A DNA stretch of 45,476 nucleotides, from the NCBI GenBank assembly GCA_027858225.1, contig JAQIDB010000073.1, positions 1 through 45,476 on the forward strand, written 5' to 3'. The position numbers were made by a program, and so were the translations under genes. Numbering within the stretch: position 1 is the stretch's first letter; each line of letters opens with the position of its first letter. Below are positions 18,116-27,660 of this stretch, piece after piece. The notes beneath the pieces were generated by a model. It was not told the DNA's origin. It ran no database searches and worked only from the letters and a program-made list of their open reading frames with translations. The DNA comes from Candidatus Delongbacteria bacterium (GTDB lineage Bacteria > UBA4055).

Positions 18116-20077
18116 ATGAAAAAACTAATTTTATCACTTATTGCACTGTTAGTAATAATGGTCTTTTTTTCCTGCTCTGATTATGTCGGGGATATGCCGG
18201 GAAATATAAAGCCTAAGCTGGTGATTTATGACACTTATGATAACATAAGTAGTAATAAAACAAGAGTACAGTGGTATGCAAATGATCAAGATGGTACTAA
18301 GATAAAGTATAGTTACTGTATAACAACAGATACTACAATGACAGTATCGGAAGCAGAAATGGAATTAGATGCAGAATTGTGGTCAGAAACAGAAGATTCA
18401 TATGTTGAACTTTCTATGCCATTTGCACCTTTGAATTCTGATATAATGTTTGTTGACAGTACGACTTTTATAGATACTGTTGAATTTGTTGAAGTTACTA
18501 GAGAGATAGTTTGGTCAAGATTCTTTCTTTTTGCCGAAGATCCGGAAGAAGATGGAAAAACGGCAGTTACTTCTAAGGTATTTGGACGTACAAATAGGAT
18601 ACCTAAATTTCCAATGCTAAAATCTGAAAAACTTGGATTTAATGGATTTGATGACTATAGGTTTATTATCGGTCCTGATTCATCCCAGATGATTTTAGAG
18701 AATGAAACATCTACATGGGAAGCAATTGATTTTACTTGGAGAGGAGAAGATGACGATGGTTATGATGTTGTTCTTGAATTTAGATGGGAATTATGGTCTA
18801 TTGATCCGCATCCTGATTCTATCGATGTAAAGATTGATATGGTAGCATCCGAAGATTGGCGAGAAACTCCTACTTCAGTTAAGTTTTCAAAGGTCTTATA
18901 CGATTATTTCCTTACTGATGTAACTCGTGACAGATATTCGTTTAAAATCTGGGTAAGAGATGATGCAAGAGAAGAATCTGATGAACATACAACTGCCAAC
19001 TTCTATATATTTACACCGAAGTTAGAAAAAGGTATTTTGTTAGTGGATGATACATCTTTAAGAAATATGGGAAGTTATCTAACGTTTGAAGGAAATCCAG
19101 ATAAAAATGTAGTAAAGGACCTATATGATAGTTTACTTGTGAATGCAGGTTTTACAATAGATTCAGCAGATCCTTTGACGGACTATGATTATTGGGATGT
19201 TGTTACTGATGGAGAGCCAACTTTAAAAGCACTTGCAGAACATAGACTTATAGTCATTCAAAGTGAAGATCGAAAATCAACTATAAATTATGACTCTTAT
19301 AGAAGAACATTGGAAGAATATATCAACGTTGGTGGAAAAGTATTCTTGGTAGGATCATCAAATCTTCTTGCGGAAGATCTAAAAGTTGATAACTACAAAA
19401 AGCCGATTAGGGTTGTATTTGAAGATTTTAATGATTCGTCTCAACCTTTTAATGAAGGAACAATGGAATTTTTCTATACTTACTTTGGAATATATTCCTA
19501 CACACATCCGGAATCAAAATCTTTCTGGTCTCAATCAATGTATGAATCTGGAAATTTATTACTTATTGGAAAGATCCCTGGTAACTATTATTATACAGAT
19601 AACTATGGTTTTGTAGGAGCTGCTCCTGTAGGTCATATAACTGATGTGAATTTCACTGATATGAATATTGATTCTACTGTAGTCAATACATACTGGACTG
19701 ATGCTTCTGCACCATTAGGAACAACAGTTGAGTTGACTCTAAAAAAGAATGGAAATATTTTAACTGGTATTCCTTCTTTTGAAGCATTCAAAGGTGAGGT
19801 TGTATATGAATTCAAGTCTGTATATGATTACGATGAACATAGCGATATTAGAGAGTGGACAAATCCAAATTTGGCGGACTCATTAAATTTAAGCGGTCCT
19901 GTTGCCCAAATAGATGGAGCTGTATTGACAAGATATCAAGCAAATGATGATGTATATAGAACAGCAATGTGTACGTTGCCGCTTATATTTATGGATAACT
20001 CTGACGGGTCAGTATCAAATATGTTTAAAGCAATGATAGATTGGTTTGAAATAGACATCGATCCAATGACGAAATAA
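18116..20077 (+). CDS. Lipoprotein with two Ig-like repeats and a C-terminal alpha/beta domain
   Basis: Lipobox FFS-C20. Repeated W-x-A/G-x-D-x-D-G segments (WYANDQDG, WRGEDDDG). GILLVDD...YINVGGKVFLVG resembles a class I GATase-like alpha/beta fold. Confidence 0.7.
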   Translation: MKKLILSLIALLVIMVFFSCSDYVGDMPGNIKPKLVIYDTYDNISSNKTRVQWYANDQDGTKIKYSYCITTDTTMTVSEAEMELDAELWSETEDSYVELSMPFAPLNSDIMFVDSTTFIDTVEFVEVTREIVWSRFFLFAEDPEEDGKTAVTSKVFGRTNRIPKFPMLKSEKLGFNGFDDYRFIIGPDSSQMILENETSTWEAIDFTWRGEDDDGYDVVLEFRWELWSIDPHPDSIDVKIDMVASEDWRETPTSVKFSKVLYDYFLTDVTRDRYSFKIWVRDDAREESDEHTTANFYIFTPKLEKGILLVDDTSLRNMGSYLTFEGNPDKNVVKDLYDSLLVNAGFTIDSADPLTDYDYWDVVTDGEPTLKALAEHRLIVIQSEDRKSTINYDSYRRTLEEYINVGGKVFLVGSSNLLAEDLKVDNYKKPIRVVFEDFNDSSQPFNEGTMEFFYTYFGIYSYTHPESKSFWSQSMYESGNLLLIGKIPGNYYYTDNYGFVGAAPVGHITDVNFTDMNIDSTVVNTYWTDASAPLGTTVELTLKKNGNILTGIPSFEAFKGEVVYEFKSVYDYDEHSDIREWTNPNLADSLNLSGPVAQIDGAVLTRYQANDDVYRTAMCTLPLIFMDNSDGSVSNMFKAMIDWFEIDIDPMTK

Positions 20078-20113
20078 ATAAAATCTTATATATAACAAAC
20101 GGAGGGAGTAAGA

Positions 20114-22321
20114 ATGAAGAAAAATTATTTAACACTGATTGTCCTTACATTATTTGCGATCAATGTAATGGCTTTGACCAAAGACTACAAAAAAGAAGCA
20201 TTGACAACAAAAAAAATAGATTTCCAAAAAACTTCTTCATCAAAGGCGCCTTTTGTTGGTACTGATGGTGGTATCTTTGATGGTTCGGTAAATGGTTATG
20301 GTTGGTACCAAGGTTACAATAGAAAGATTCAAGTTAATATGGATCCACTTACTGGACCAATGTTTGGTTCTGTTTACAGACAGAATAATACTGATGCTAA
20401 TTCAGGCCAAATCGGCGGTATGATAGGTAGTTGGGCAACTGATACATTCAATGGTTATACTTCTGAGTTAATGCCAGCATCGTCAGCATGGGCAGCACCA
20501 GGTGGTAGATATCCTTATGCAAATGAATTTATTAATGGATACTTCTTTGGAACATGGAACGATTACGAAGGTGTGGCAACTACTGGTATGAATTCACTTC
20601 CAGTATTCGCTGTTGCAGATGCGACTTTCGGAGCGGATTGGGCTCTTTGGTCAGATAATGGTATTATTGAAGCAACCGAAGGTGGGGCAATACCTGTTGA
20701 TGCTTGGTGTCCAACTGGTGATGTTGTTTATGATGCTGCAACTGGATATTATTACTGGATGCAAAGTTGGAGATGGCGTTTGGGTAATTGGACAGGAAAC
20801 CAAACAAGTTTTGTTATTGGAAGAACTTTGACTCCTGGTGATATTACAAGTTGGGTATGGTCAGATTATAACGATGAAGGTTTTGATTGTACAGCAGATG
20901 ATTCACCTCAACTACAGATGTTAGATAGTCACATAGCTTACGCAAAAGACATCTATGGTAATGGAACTGGTAAAGGTATTATAGTAAACGCTGGAAATGA
21001 TTACAATGATTCTTGGATTACAAGTATAGATTCTATTGGTTGGAACGATTCATTAAGTGTTACAATATGGGATACTGTTACAGTTGATCTAGGAATAAAA
21101 ATAAACTATATGTACACTACAAATTGGGGTGGAGATTACTCAACAGGAGATTGGAAACCTAATTGGAAAAAAAGATCTGATGGAGCATGGTTTCAAGTTG
21201 AGCCATCTGAAATATTTGATTGGATAGGAACTGCATATACAACAACGGATACGCTTCAGGCTGGAAATGGTTCAGATTCACTAGTAACATATGAAACAGT
21301 AATAGATGATGCTTCAATAAATTGGGACTGTTCAGCTATAGCAACAGAATACGATCAAGTACATATTTTAGCTAGAGTGTATGGTTCAACAACAGATCCA
21401 GATAGCCCTTGGGCAGGTTGGACTATTTATGGAAATGATGATGGAGATCTAATAGGTGGTTATTATGATATTAGAGGTACTATCACTGATACAGGTGTTA
21501 TTTGGCATAACGCAGTATTTATTGCTAATGTTGTAGGAATGGATACAGATACAGTTGAATGGCAGACAGATATGGCAATCGGATATGCAGGATATGGTCA
21601 GATTTATGCAACATGGCTTGACAAACCTGTAAGTAGAGGCGTTGTTAATCCTTATGCTGAAGCTGATCAAAATTCAGCTTGGATAGATGATGCATATTTT
21701 AGTTATTCTGATAACGATGGATTGAATTGGGAAACCGATAAAACAGTAACATTTGATTATACTGTAGGTCCTCCAGTTTATCCAACTACACCATATGTTG
21801 CAAAGTATGCTAAAAACATAACTAATAGTAAAACTTTACATGAAGAAGGATGGCAAATAGCTAATCATGGTATGGTAACACATGTAGATGGAACTACTAG
21901 TGAAGGTGCTTTAGAAGTTTATGCAATACATCAATACTATGATGTAGAGAACAGTTATGATCCTGCATTAGAATACTTTGATCATGAGCAATTCTTGCAT
22001 GTATGGAAGATTACAGGTAAAACAACAGGAATTACGACTGAAGATGTTGCGATTGATATGGATTTTCAGTTAATGCAAAATTATCCAAACCCATTTAATC
22101 CAAGTACTGAGATTAATTTCAAGATCCAAAATGATGCTAAGGTTAAACTTACTGTATTCAACTCTAAAGGAGAATCAGTAGTATCTTTAGTTGATGGTAA
22201 AATGGCAAAGGGACTTCACAAAGTTAATTTTGATGCTACAGAATTAAATTCAGGAATTTACTTCTATCAATTAGATGTAAATGGAATGAAATCAACAAAG
22301 AAAATGGTATTAGCTAAATAA
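20114..22321 (+). CDS. Secreted protein with T9SS type A-like sorting domain
   Basis: Signal peptide (..NVMA); Asp-box-like YSDNDGLNW; C-terminal LMQNYPNPFNPSTEI..VFNSKGE..SGIYFYQL..KKMVLAK. Confidence 0.85.
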   Translation: MKKNYLTLIVLTLFAINVMALTKDYKKEALTTKKIDFQKTSSSKAPFVGTDGGIFDGSVNGYGWYQGYNRKIQVNMDPLTGPMFGSVYRQNNTDANSGQIGGMIGSWATDTFNGYTSELMPASSAWAAPGGRYPYANEFINGYFFGTWNDYEGVATTGMNSLPVFAVADATFGADWALWSDNGIIEATEGGAIPVDAWCPTGDVVYDAATGYYYWMQSWRWRLGNWTGNQTSFVIGRTLTPGDITSWVWSDYNDEGFDCTADDSPQLQMLDSHIAYAKDIYGNGTGKGIIVNAGNDYNDSWITSIDSIGWNDSLSVTIWDTVTVDLGIKINYMYTTNWGGDYSTGDWKPNWKKRSDGAWFQVEPSEIFDWIGTAYTTTDTLQAGNGSDSLVTYETVIDDASINWDCSAIATEYDQVHILARVYGSTTDPDSPWAGWTIYGNDDGDLIGGYYDIRGTITDTGVIWHNAVFIANVVGMDTDTVEWQTDMAIGYAGYGQIYATWLDKPVSRGVVNPYAEADQNSAWIDDAYFSYSDNDGLNWETDKTVTFDYTVGPPVYPTTPYVAKYAKNITNSKTLHEEGWQIANHGMVTHVDGTTSEGALEVYAIHQYYDVENSYDPALEYFDHEQFLHVWKITGKTTGITTEDVAIDMDFQLMQNYPNPFNPSTEINFKIQNDAKVKLTVFNSKGESVVSLVDGKMAKGLHKVNFDATELNSGIYFYQLDVNGMKSTKKMVLAK

Positions 22322-22338
22322 TACTATTCGATAATAAT

Positions 22339-22367
22339 TTGGTAGGCAGTTTAAAACTGCCTACCAA
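22339..22367 (+). terminator. Perfect intra-operon stem-loop after the 20114 gene
   Basis: ttggtaggcagtt / aactgcctaccaa 13-bp inverted repeat; only a weak U-tract follows. Confidence 0.65.
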
Positions 22368-22480
22368 TTATATTTATGTTTTCATTCGGGAGCTGTTTGA
22401 CAGTTTCGGACTGAAAATATAAAAAAGGGAAAGATAACATTGAAAATAAAAATTAAAATAATAAAGCAAAGGGGAACAAA

Positions 22481-23497
22481 ATGAACAAAAAACTGCTAAT
22501 TCTCGTGATGCTTATCGTGGTGTTAGTGCCTGCTTCATTAGCTCAGGATAAAGGTGGAACTGCAGGAATGCCATTTTTAAAGCTTGATGTAGCTGCAAGA
22601 GCATTTGCGATGGGTGGGGCTTTTATAGGTTTATCAGATGATGCATCTACTTTGTATTACAATCCTGCGGGACTAATCAACCTTAAGTCCAGCGAATTTG
22701 TATCATCCCACAATATGTACCTGGCAGACATAAGCTATAGCTACATTGGTGCAACTTATCCGTTGCCACAATTCAATGCAGGTGTAGGTTTACAAGTCTC
22801 ATACCTAACAACAGGTGATATGGATGAAACAACAATTCAAAATCCTGATGGAACCGGAAGAACGTTTAGTGCCTATGATTTTATGGTTGGTGCTACTTAC
22901 GCGCAAATGTTGACTCCTAAGTTCTATGTTGGTGGAACTCTAAAATTATTAGGTGAAGGACTTGCAGAAAAGAAAGTTTATACAGTTGCGGGTGATGTAG
23001 GAACTTATTATAATACAGGATGGGAATCTCTTGTGTTTGGTATGTCTATTAGAAATTTTGGTGGAAACTATTCATATTTCGTTGAAGAAACACCTTTGCC
23101 TATGTTATTTGTTTTCGGTCTTAGATATGCACCTATTGATGATTCAATTAATAAGTTAGATGTTTTATTAGAAGCAGCTCATCCATCTGATAATAGTGAA
23201 TATATGATTTTAGGTCTTGAATATTCGTATAACAATATGTTCTTTGTTAGATTCGGAAGGAAATTTGACAATGATGAATACTGGATTTTAAAAGATGATG
23301 ATGTTTATTTTGCCGATAATGCTGATTCTGCTGATGAGGAATTAAATTATTCAGATAGTGGCATTAATTGGATGGGAACAAGTTTCGGTCTTGGTTTTAA
23401 TATGGAATCAATGGGATTAAATCTTGATTATGGCTGGAAACATATGGGATATTTAGGTGTTACACATATGGTAACCCTCGGTTATGCGTTAAGGTAG
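22481..23497 (+). CDS. PorV/PorQ (FadL-like, UPF0164) family outer-membrane beta-barrel
   Basis: Signal peptide; FLKLDVAARAFAMGGAF..DDASTLYYNPAGL N-terminal signature; alternating beta-strands. Orthology to bona fide porV not established. Confidence 0.85.
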   Translation: MNKKLLILVMLIVVLVPASLAQDKGGTAGMPFLKLDVAARAFAMGGAFIGLSDDASTLYYNPAGLINLKSSEFVSSHNMYLADISYSYIGATYPLPQFNAGVGLQVSYLTTGDMDETTIQNPDGTGRTFSAYDFMVGATYAQMLTPKFYVGGTLKLLGEGLAEKKVYTVAGDVGTYYNTGWESLVFGMSIRNFGGNYSYFVEETPLPMLFVFGLRYAPIDDSINKLDVLLEAAHPSDNSEYMILGLEYSYNNMFFVRFGRKFDNDEYWILKDDDVYFADNADSADEELNYSDSGINWMGTSFGLGFNMESMGLNLDYGWKHMGYLGVTHMVTLGYALR

Positions 23498-23512
23498 ATT
23501 ATTATTATACAT

Positions 23513-23546
23513 ATAAAAAAAGGGAGTTTTTACTCCCTTTTTTTTA
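23513..23546. terminator. Rho-independent (bidirectional-type) terminator ending the TBDR operon
   Basis: aaaaaaagggagt-tttt-actccc followed by T8. Confidence 0.85.
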
Positions 23547-23589
23547 TTGCTTAAATAAAGATTAATGAATAGTATTAATACGTCAAAAC

Positions 23590-23608
23590 CTCTCACTTTG
23601 ACACGAAG
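23590..23608 (+). repeat. Degenerate dispersed motif copy 2
   Basis: ctctcactttgacacgaag; 16/19 identical to 3757-3775. Confidence 0.45.
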
Positions 23609-23639
23609 GAACGAAAATAGAAATGACCGGAAAAACAAC

Positions 23640-26243
23640 ATGAAAAATATAATAATAATTTTAATTATTTTCTTATTAGGTGAAGCTTTTGGAATTCAAA
23701 AATATACAGTTGATAAGATAAATAAATATTCAGGTAAAAATTCAAAAATCTTACTTGAGATGGTAGATTCTCAGAAAGGTAAAACACTGAAATATATAAA
23801 TTTCATATTAGATAATTCATCAGCTAATGATCTTGCCGTTCTTACTCCTCAATATATCCTCGAAAGTGTTGAGTATGCAATTAAATCAAAAGAGTTCTTA
23901 TATTCCAAACAATACGATGATAAAATATTCCAACATTTTGTACTACCATTAAGAATGTCTCAAGAACCGTTCGAAGAATGGAGAAAAAAATTCTACACAG
24001 AGCTTAAACCGATCATAGAAAAGATAGAAGACATAGAAGAGGCTGCAATTGCTATAAACTTCTGGGCATATGAACAAATGACTTATAAATCAACTCATGG
24101 CAGAGACCAAGGTCCGATCACAACGATGAAAAGAGGTTGGGGTAGATGCGAAGAGATGATGATAATTTATATGGCAGCAGCAAGGAGTGTAGGAATTCCG
24201 GTTAGATCTGCAGGAGCCCCATTTTGGAATTTTACTGATAATAATCATGCTTGGGTTGAAGTATGGACACCTGAAGGTTGGAAATATATAGGTGAATTAG
24301 CCAACAGATTGAATAAGACATGGTTTTCACACACAACTTTAAGAGCATCTCTGATCACTTCAAGAGCATTTGGTAATTATAAGAGTAAGAATGTGATCAA
24401 AACAGAGAATAATTCAACACTATTAAGTTCGATAGAATATTATACGGATAAATATGACGTAAGTAAGATCATGATCGATGATGAGAATGGTCAGCCTATC
24501 GAAGACGCTGTAGTAACGCTTTATGCGGTGTCTTATGGTGGAATTATGCCATTGATCGATGCAAAGACAGATAAATTTGGACAGGTTTCAATACCAATAG
24601 GTAAAGGATCTGTTTTCGTAACAGCCTATGATAACAAATCTAAATTTGGTTATGGGCTTTTTAACAGCCTAGAAAATGGAACTGATTTTAGGCTAATTCT
24701 CAAAGAAAAAAATGAGAATATTGATATAGATATTAATTTTAAATTCCAAATATATCAAAGTGAATTTAATCATGACAGCTTACAAAAAGAATATTTCAAA
24801 GGTACATTCGATATTAAGAATCAACTGGCAAATGAAAAAAGAAAGAATAAATTTAAAAACTACGAAAGAACATCAGAATTTGTAGAATATTTTCAAAGAA
24901 GTTTGAAAAATAATATAGATGTTGATTATTTTAAGAGACAAAAAAAATATTTGGATAAATGTAATTCTTTAGGGGAAAACACTTCAGAATACTTAAAGGT
25001 GTACAAAAACTTAAATGGCTTCAAAAGTAAAAATTATATACTAACCTCAATGATAGAAAAATGGAATGAAAAAGAATTGAATGAAATTCCAGATAGTACA
25101 GCAATTCATAATTTGGTGGATATTTACTATGAAGGAAGGAATAAATTTAAAAAGGTAGTTCCAGATACAATGTTCACTAATAATGTAATCGGTGCCACAT
25201 GGAAATCTGCTACACCACCTCAAAATGGTTGGCAAAAAGAACTTTATAGTAAAATTAAAGATCTCAGGTCCTACAATATGAACACTACTGTAAAAGATGT
25301 TCTTTCCTGGGTTGATTCACAGGTCAAAGTTGATAGTAATTTTACATATAGTTACTACGGTGGATCATTGAATCCGGTACAAATATTGAATATGAAGTCG
25401 ATTTCTCCATTCTACAGAACTAAATTAGTTAATTCTTCGTTGAAATTATTAGGAATTCCGGTACAATGGAAAGGTAGATTAGAATATTATAATGGCAAAA
25501 AATTTGTTACTGTAGAAAGTAAAGCAACTGATAAAAATGATTTTCAGGACAGAGAAATCCGATTATCATTGTATGTTGATAATGAAAAAGTAAAAGCTGA
25601 TCCTTGGAGTAATTTTTTGCTCGGAGAGTACAATAAAGGAGTTATTGAGAATTCGTACTTTGATGGAAAGAATGATTCTTTAGATTACATACTAACGTTT
25701 CCTAGGCAGGATGATAAATTCTTGTATATCGAAGCTGCAGTAAGAAATTCTAATGGGGATGCTAACGTAATAATAAAAAGTATTAACAACGATGATAAAG
25801 AAATAATAGTTAGATTGAACGCTCCAAAAGAGTATTTGGACACTTCGTCTGACCTATCAGAAAAAGCTATTTTAAGTATTATAGAACTTACATCAACTAT
25901 TCCTGACGACAAAGCAAAGGTTATCTTGGTCAGGGGAGTTATACCTACTGAGCCAACAAAACGAATGCTTAGTTTATTAGTTGAGAAAGCTGCAAAATTC
26001 AATGAACTAGATGCTTCAATTGTTATATACACTGAATTAAGAGATAATGATGATATTAAAAATATTTCAGCTGAAAACATTATAAAAAAACAGGGTGAAA
26101 TACTTATTCCAGAGACAGAAGATGAATCTTATCCAATAATTCTATTGGTAGACAAAGGTAATAATGTACTATTTTCTTCAAAAGGGTATAATATGAGCAT
26201 TGCAGATCTCCTTTTAAAGAAAATAAAGAATCTAAAGAAATAA
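23640..26243 (+). CDS. Exported transglutaminase-like domain protein
   Basis: Start moved to ATG 23640, giving signal peptide MKNIIIILIIFLLGEAFG. GRCEE (Cys) and NHAWVEVW (His) transglutaminase-like motifs, followed by a beta-sandwich segment. Confidence 0.8.
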   Translation: MKNIIIILIIFLLGEAFGIQKYTVDKINKYSGKNSKILLEMVDSQKGKTLKYINFILDNSSANDLAVLTPQYILESVEYAIKSKEFLYSKQYDDKIFQHFVLPLRMSQEPFEEWRKKFYTELKPIIEKIEDIEEAAIAINFWAYEQMTYKSTHGRDQGPITTMKRGWGRCEEMMIIYMAAARSVGIPVRSAGAPFWNFTDNNHAWVEVWTPEGWKYIGELANRLNKTWFSHTTLRASLITSRAFGNYKSKNVIKTENNSTLLSSIEYYTDKYDVSKIMIDDENGQPIEDAVVTLYAVSYGGIMPLIDAKTDKFGQVSIPIGKGSVFVTAYDNKSKFGYGLFNSLENGTDFRLILKEKNENIDIDINFKFQIYQSEFNHDSLQKEYFKGTFDIKNQLANEKRKNKFKNYERTSEFVEYFQRSLKNNIDVDYFKRQKKYLDKCNSLGENTSEYLKVYKNLNGFKSKNYILTSMIEKWNEKELNEIPDSTAIHNLVDIYYEGRNKFKKVVPDTMFTNNVIGATWKSATPPQNGWQKELYSKIKDLRSYNMNTTVKDVLSWVDSQVKVDSNFTYSYYGGSLNPVQILNMKSISPFYRTKLVNSSLKLLGIPVQWKGRLEYYNGKKFVTVESKATDKNDFQDREIRLSLYVDNEKVKADPWSNFLLGEYNKGVIENSYFDGKNDSLDYILTFPRQDDKFLYIEAAVRNSNGDANVIIKSINNDDKEIIVRLNAPKEYLDTSSDLSEKAILSIIELTSTIPDDKAKVILVRGVIPTEPTKRMLSLLVEKAAKFNELDASIVIYTELRDNDDIKNISAENIIKKQGEILIPETEDESYPIILLVDKGNNVLFSSKGYNMSIADLLLKKIKNLKK

Positions 26244-26319
26244 GTTTAGAAACCTAGATTTTAGATTGTAAAAAAAAAGGTGGAGAAATATATAACTAAC
26301 TAATATATTTTATTGAATT

Positions 26320-26643
26320 ATGGCACTGAGCAAAAAAAGAAAAAGAAAGAGAATACTGATCATTATAGTAAGTATATTGGTTCTTTTATCAAGTTATTAT
26401 CTTTTTTTTCAGGGGCAATTCTCGGTTTTTAAGTTAATTGAAGATAAAAAGCTATACGAGGAAAAGAAAATAGAAGTAGATGATCTTGAGAAGAAAATAG
26501 AACAACAAAAAGAAAGTAACGAACTCTTGAAAAATAAAGACCCCTTTGAAATGGAAAAAAAAGCCAGAGAGCAAGGAATGGTGAAAGAAGGGGAAAAAAT
26601 ATATAAATATAAAGTTGAAAAGGAGAATGAAAATGGCCTTTAA
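26320..26643 (+). CDS. ftsB: Septum formation initiator (FtsB/DivIC family)
   Basis: Basic N-terminus, single TM helix, coiled coil, [19 protein letters not shown] motif. Confidence 0.8.
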   Translation: MALSKKRKRKRILIIIVSILVLLSSYYLFFQGQFSVFKLIEDKKLYEEKKIEVDDLEKKIEQQKESNELLKNKDPFEMEKKAREQGMVKEGEKIYKYKVEKENENGL

Positions 26644-27634
26644 TCTAAAGAACAGAAATTTTCTTAAACTGTTAGATTTTACACCAAAAGAGATCAAGTT
26701 TCTATTGAAATTATCAAGCGATCTTAAGGAAGCGAAATATACTGGAACTGAAGTACAGAAGTTAAAAGGTAAGAATATTGCATTGATCTTTGAAAAAGCT
26801 TCAACAAGAACAAGATGTGCTTTTGAGGTTGCTGCATATGATCAGGGTGCTCATGTAACTTATCTTGGACCTTCAGGGTCTCAAATTGGTTACAAAGAAT
26901 CAATGAAAGATACAGCAAGAGTTCTTGGTGGAATGTATGATGGTATTGAATATCGTGGATTCGGTCAAGAGATCGTAGAAGAGCTTGGAGCATATGCGGG
27001 TGTTCCTGTATGGAATGGTCTTACTACAGAATTTCACCCAACTCAAATACTAGCTGACTTCTTGACAATGATGGACAATTGCGATAAGCCTCTTTCTCAG
27101 GTTGCATTCTGTTTCTTAGGTGACGGCATGAATAACATGGGTAATTCATTAATGGTCGGTGCTGCGAAACTTGGAATGGATTTTAGAATGGCTTCTCCTA
27201 AATCAACTCAGCCAGATAAGAAACTCGTTGATGAATGTAAGAAAATAGCTAAGCAAACTGGCGCAAAAATTCTTATTACTGATGATGTTAAAAAAGCTGT
27301 GAAAGGTGTTGACTTCCTATACACAGATGTATGGGTATCAATGGGAGAACCAGATTCAGCATGGGCAAAGAAGATCAAGCTGATGTTACCTTACCAGGTT
27401 AATAAAGATGTTGTAAAAGCAACCGGAAATTCAGATGTTAAATTCCTTCATTGCTTACCTGCATTTCACAATAGAAATACAATTAAAGGTGAAGAGATTT
27501 ATAAGAAGTACGGGATTAACGGTATGGAAGTAACTGATGATGTGTTCGAATCTGAGAATTCTTTGGTAATGGAAGAAGCTGAAAATAGACTTCATACTAT
27601 CAAAGCAGTCATGGTAGCTACTTTGGGATCTTAG
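26633..27634 (+). CDS. argF: Ornithine carbamoyltransferase
   Basis: Start at ATG 26633 (AGGAG SD). [27 protein letters not shown] motifs. Confidence 0.95.
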   Translation: MAFNLKNRNFLKLLDFTPKEIKFLLKLSSDLKEAKYTGTEVQKLKGKNIALIFEKASTRTRCAFEVAAYDQGAHVTYLGPSGSQIGYKESMKDTARVLGGMYDGIEYRGFGQEIVEELGAYAGVPVWNGLTTEFHPTQILADFLTMMDNCDKPLSQVAFCFLGDGMNNMGNSLMVGAAKLGMDFRMASPKSTQPDKKLVDECKKIAKQTGAKILITDDVKKAVKGVDFLYTDVWVSMGEPDSAWAKKIKLMLPYQVNKDVVKATGNSDVKFLHCLPAFHNRNTIKGEEIYKKYGINGMEVTDDVFESENSLVMEEAENRLHTIKAVMVATLGS

Positions 27635-27660
27635 AATAAAGTATTAGGTTTCACAATATT

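Noticed and set aside
18116-20077. Calling the lipoprotein SusD
   Set aside because: It is not adjacent to the TBDR, has a beta-rich N-terminal half, and shows no TPR/SusD-like helical pattern.
23565-23639. ORF-track start of the transglutaminase-like gene
   Set aside because: The signal peptide begins at ATG 23640; the extension is polar and spans the dispersed motif.
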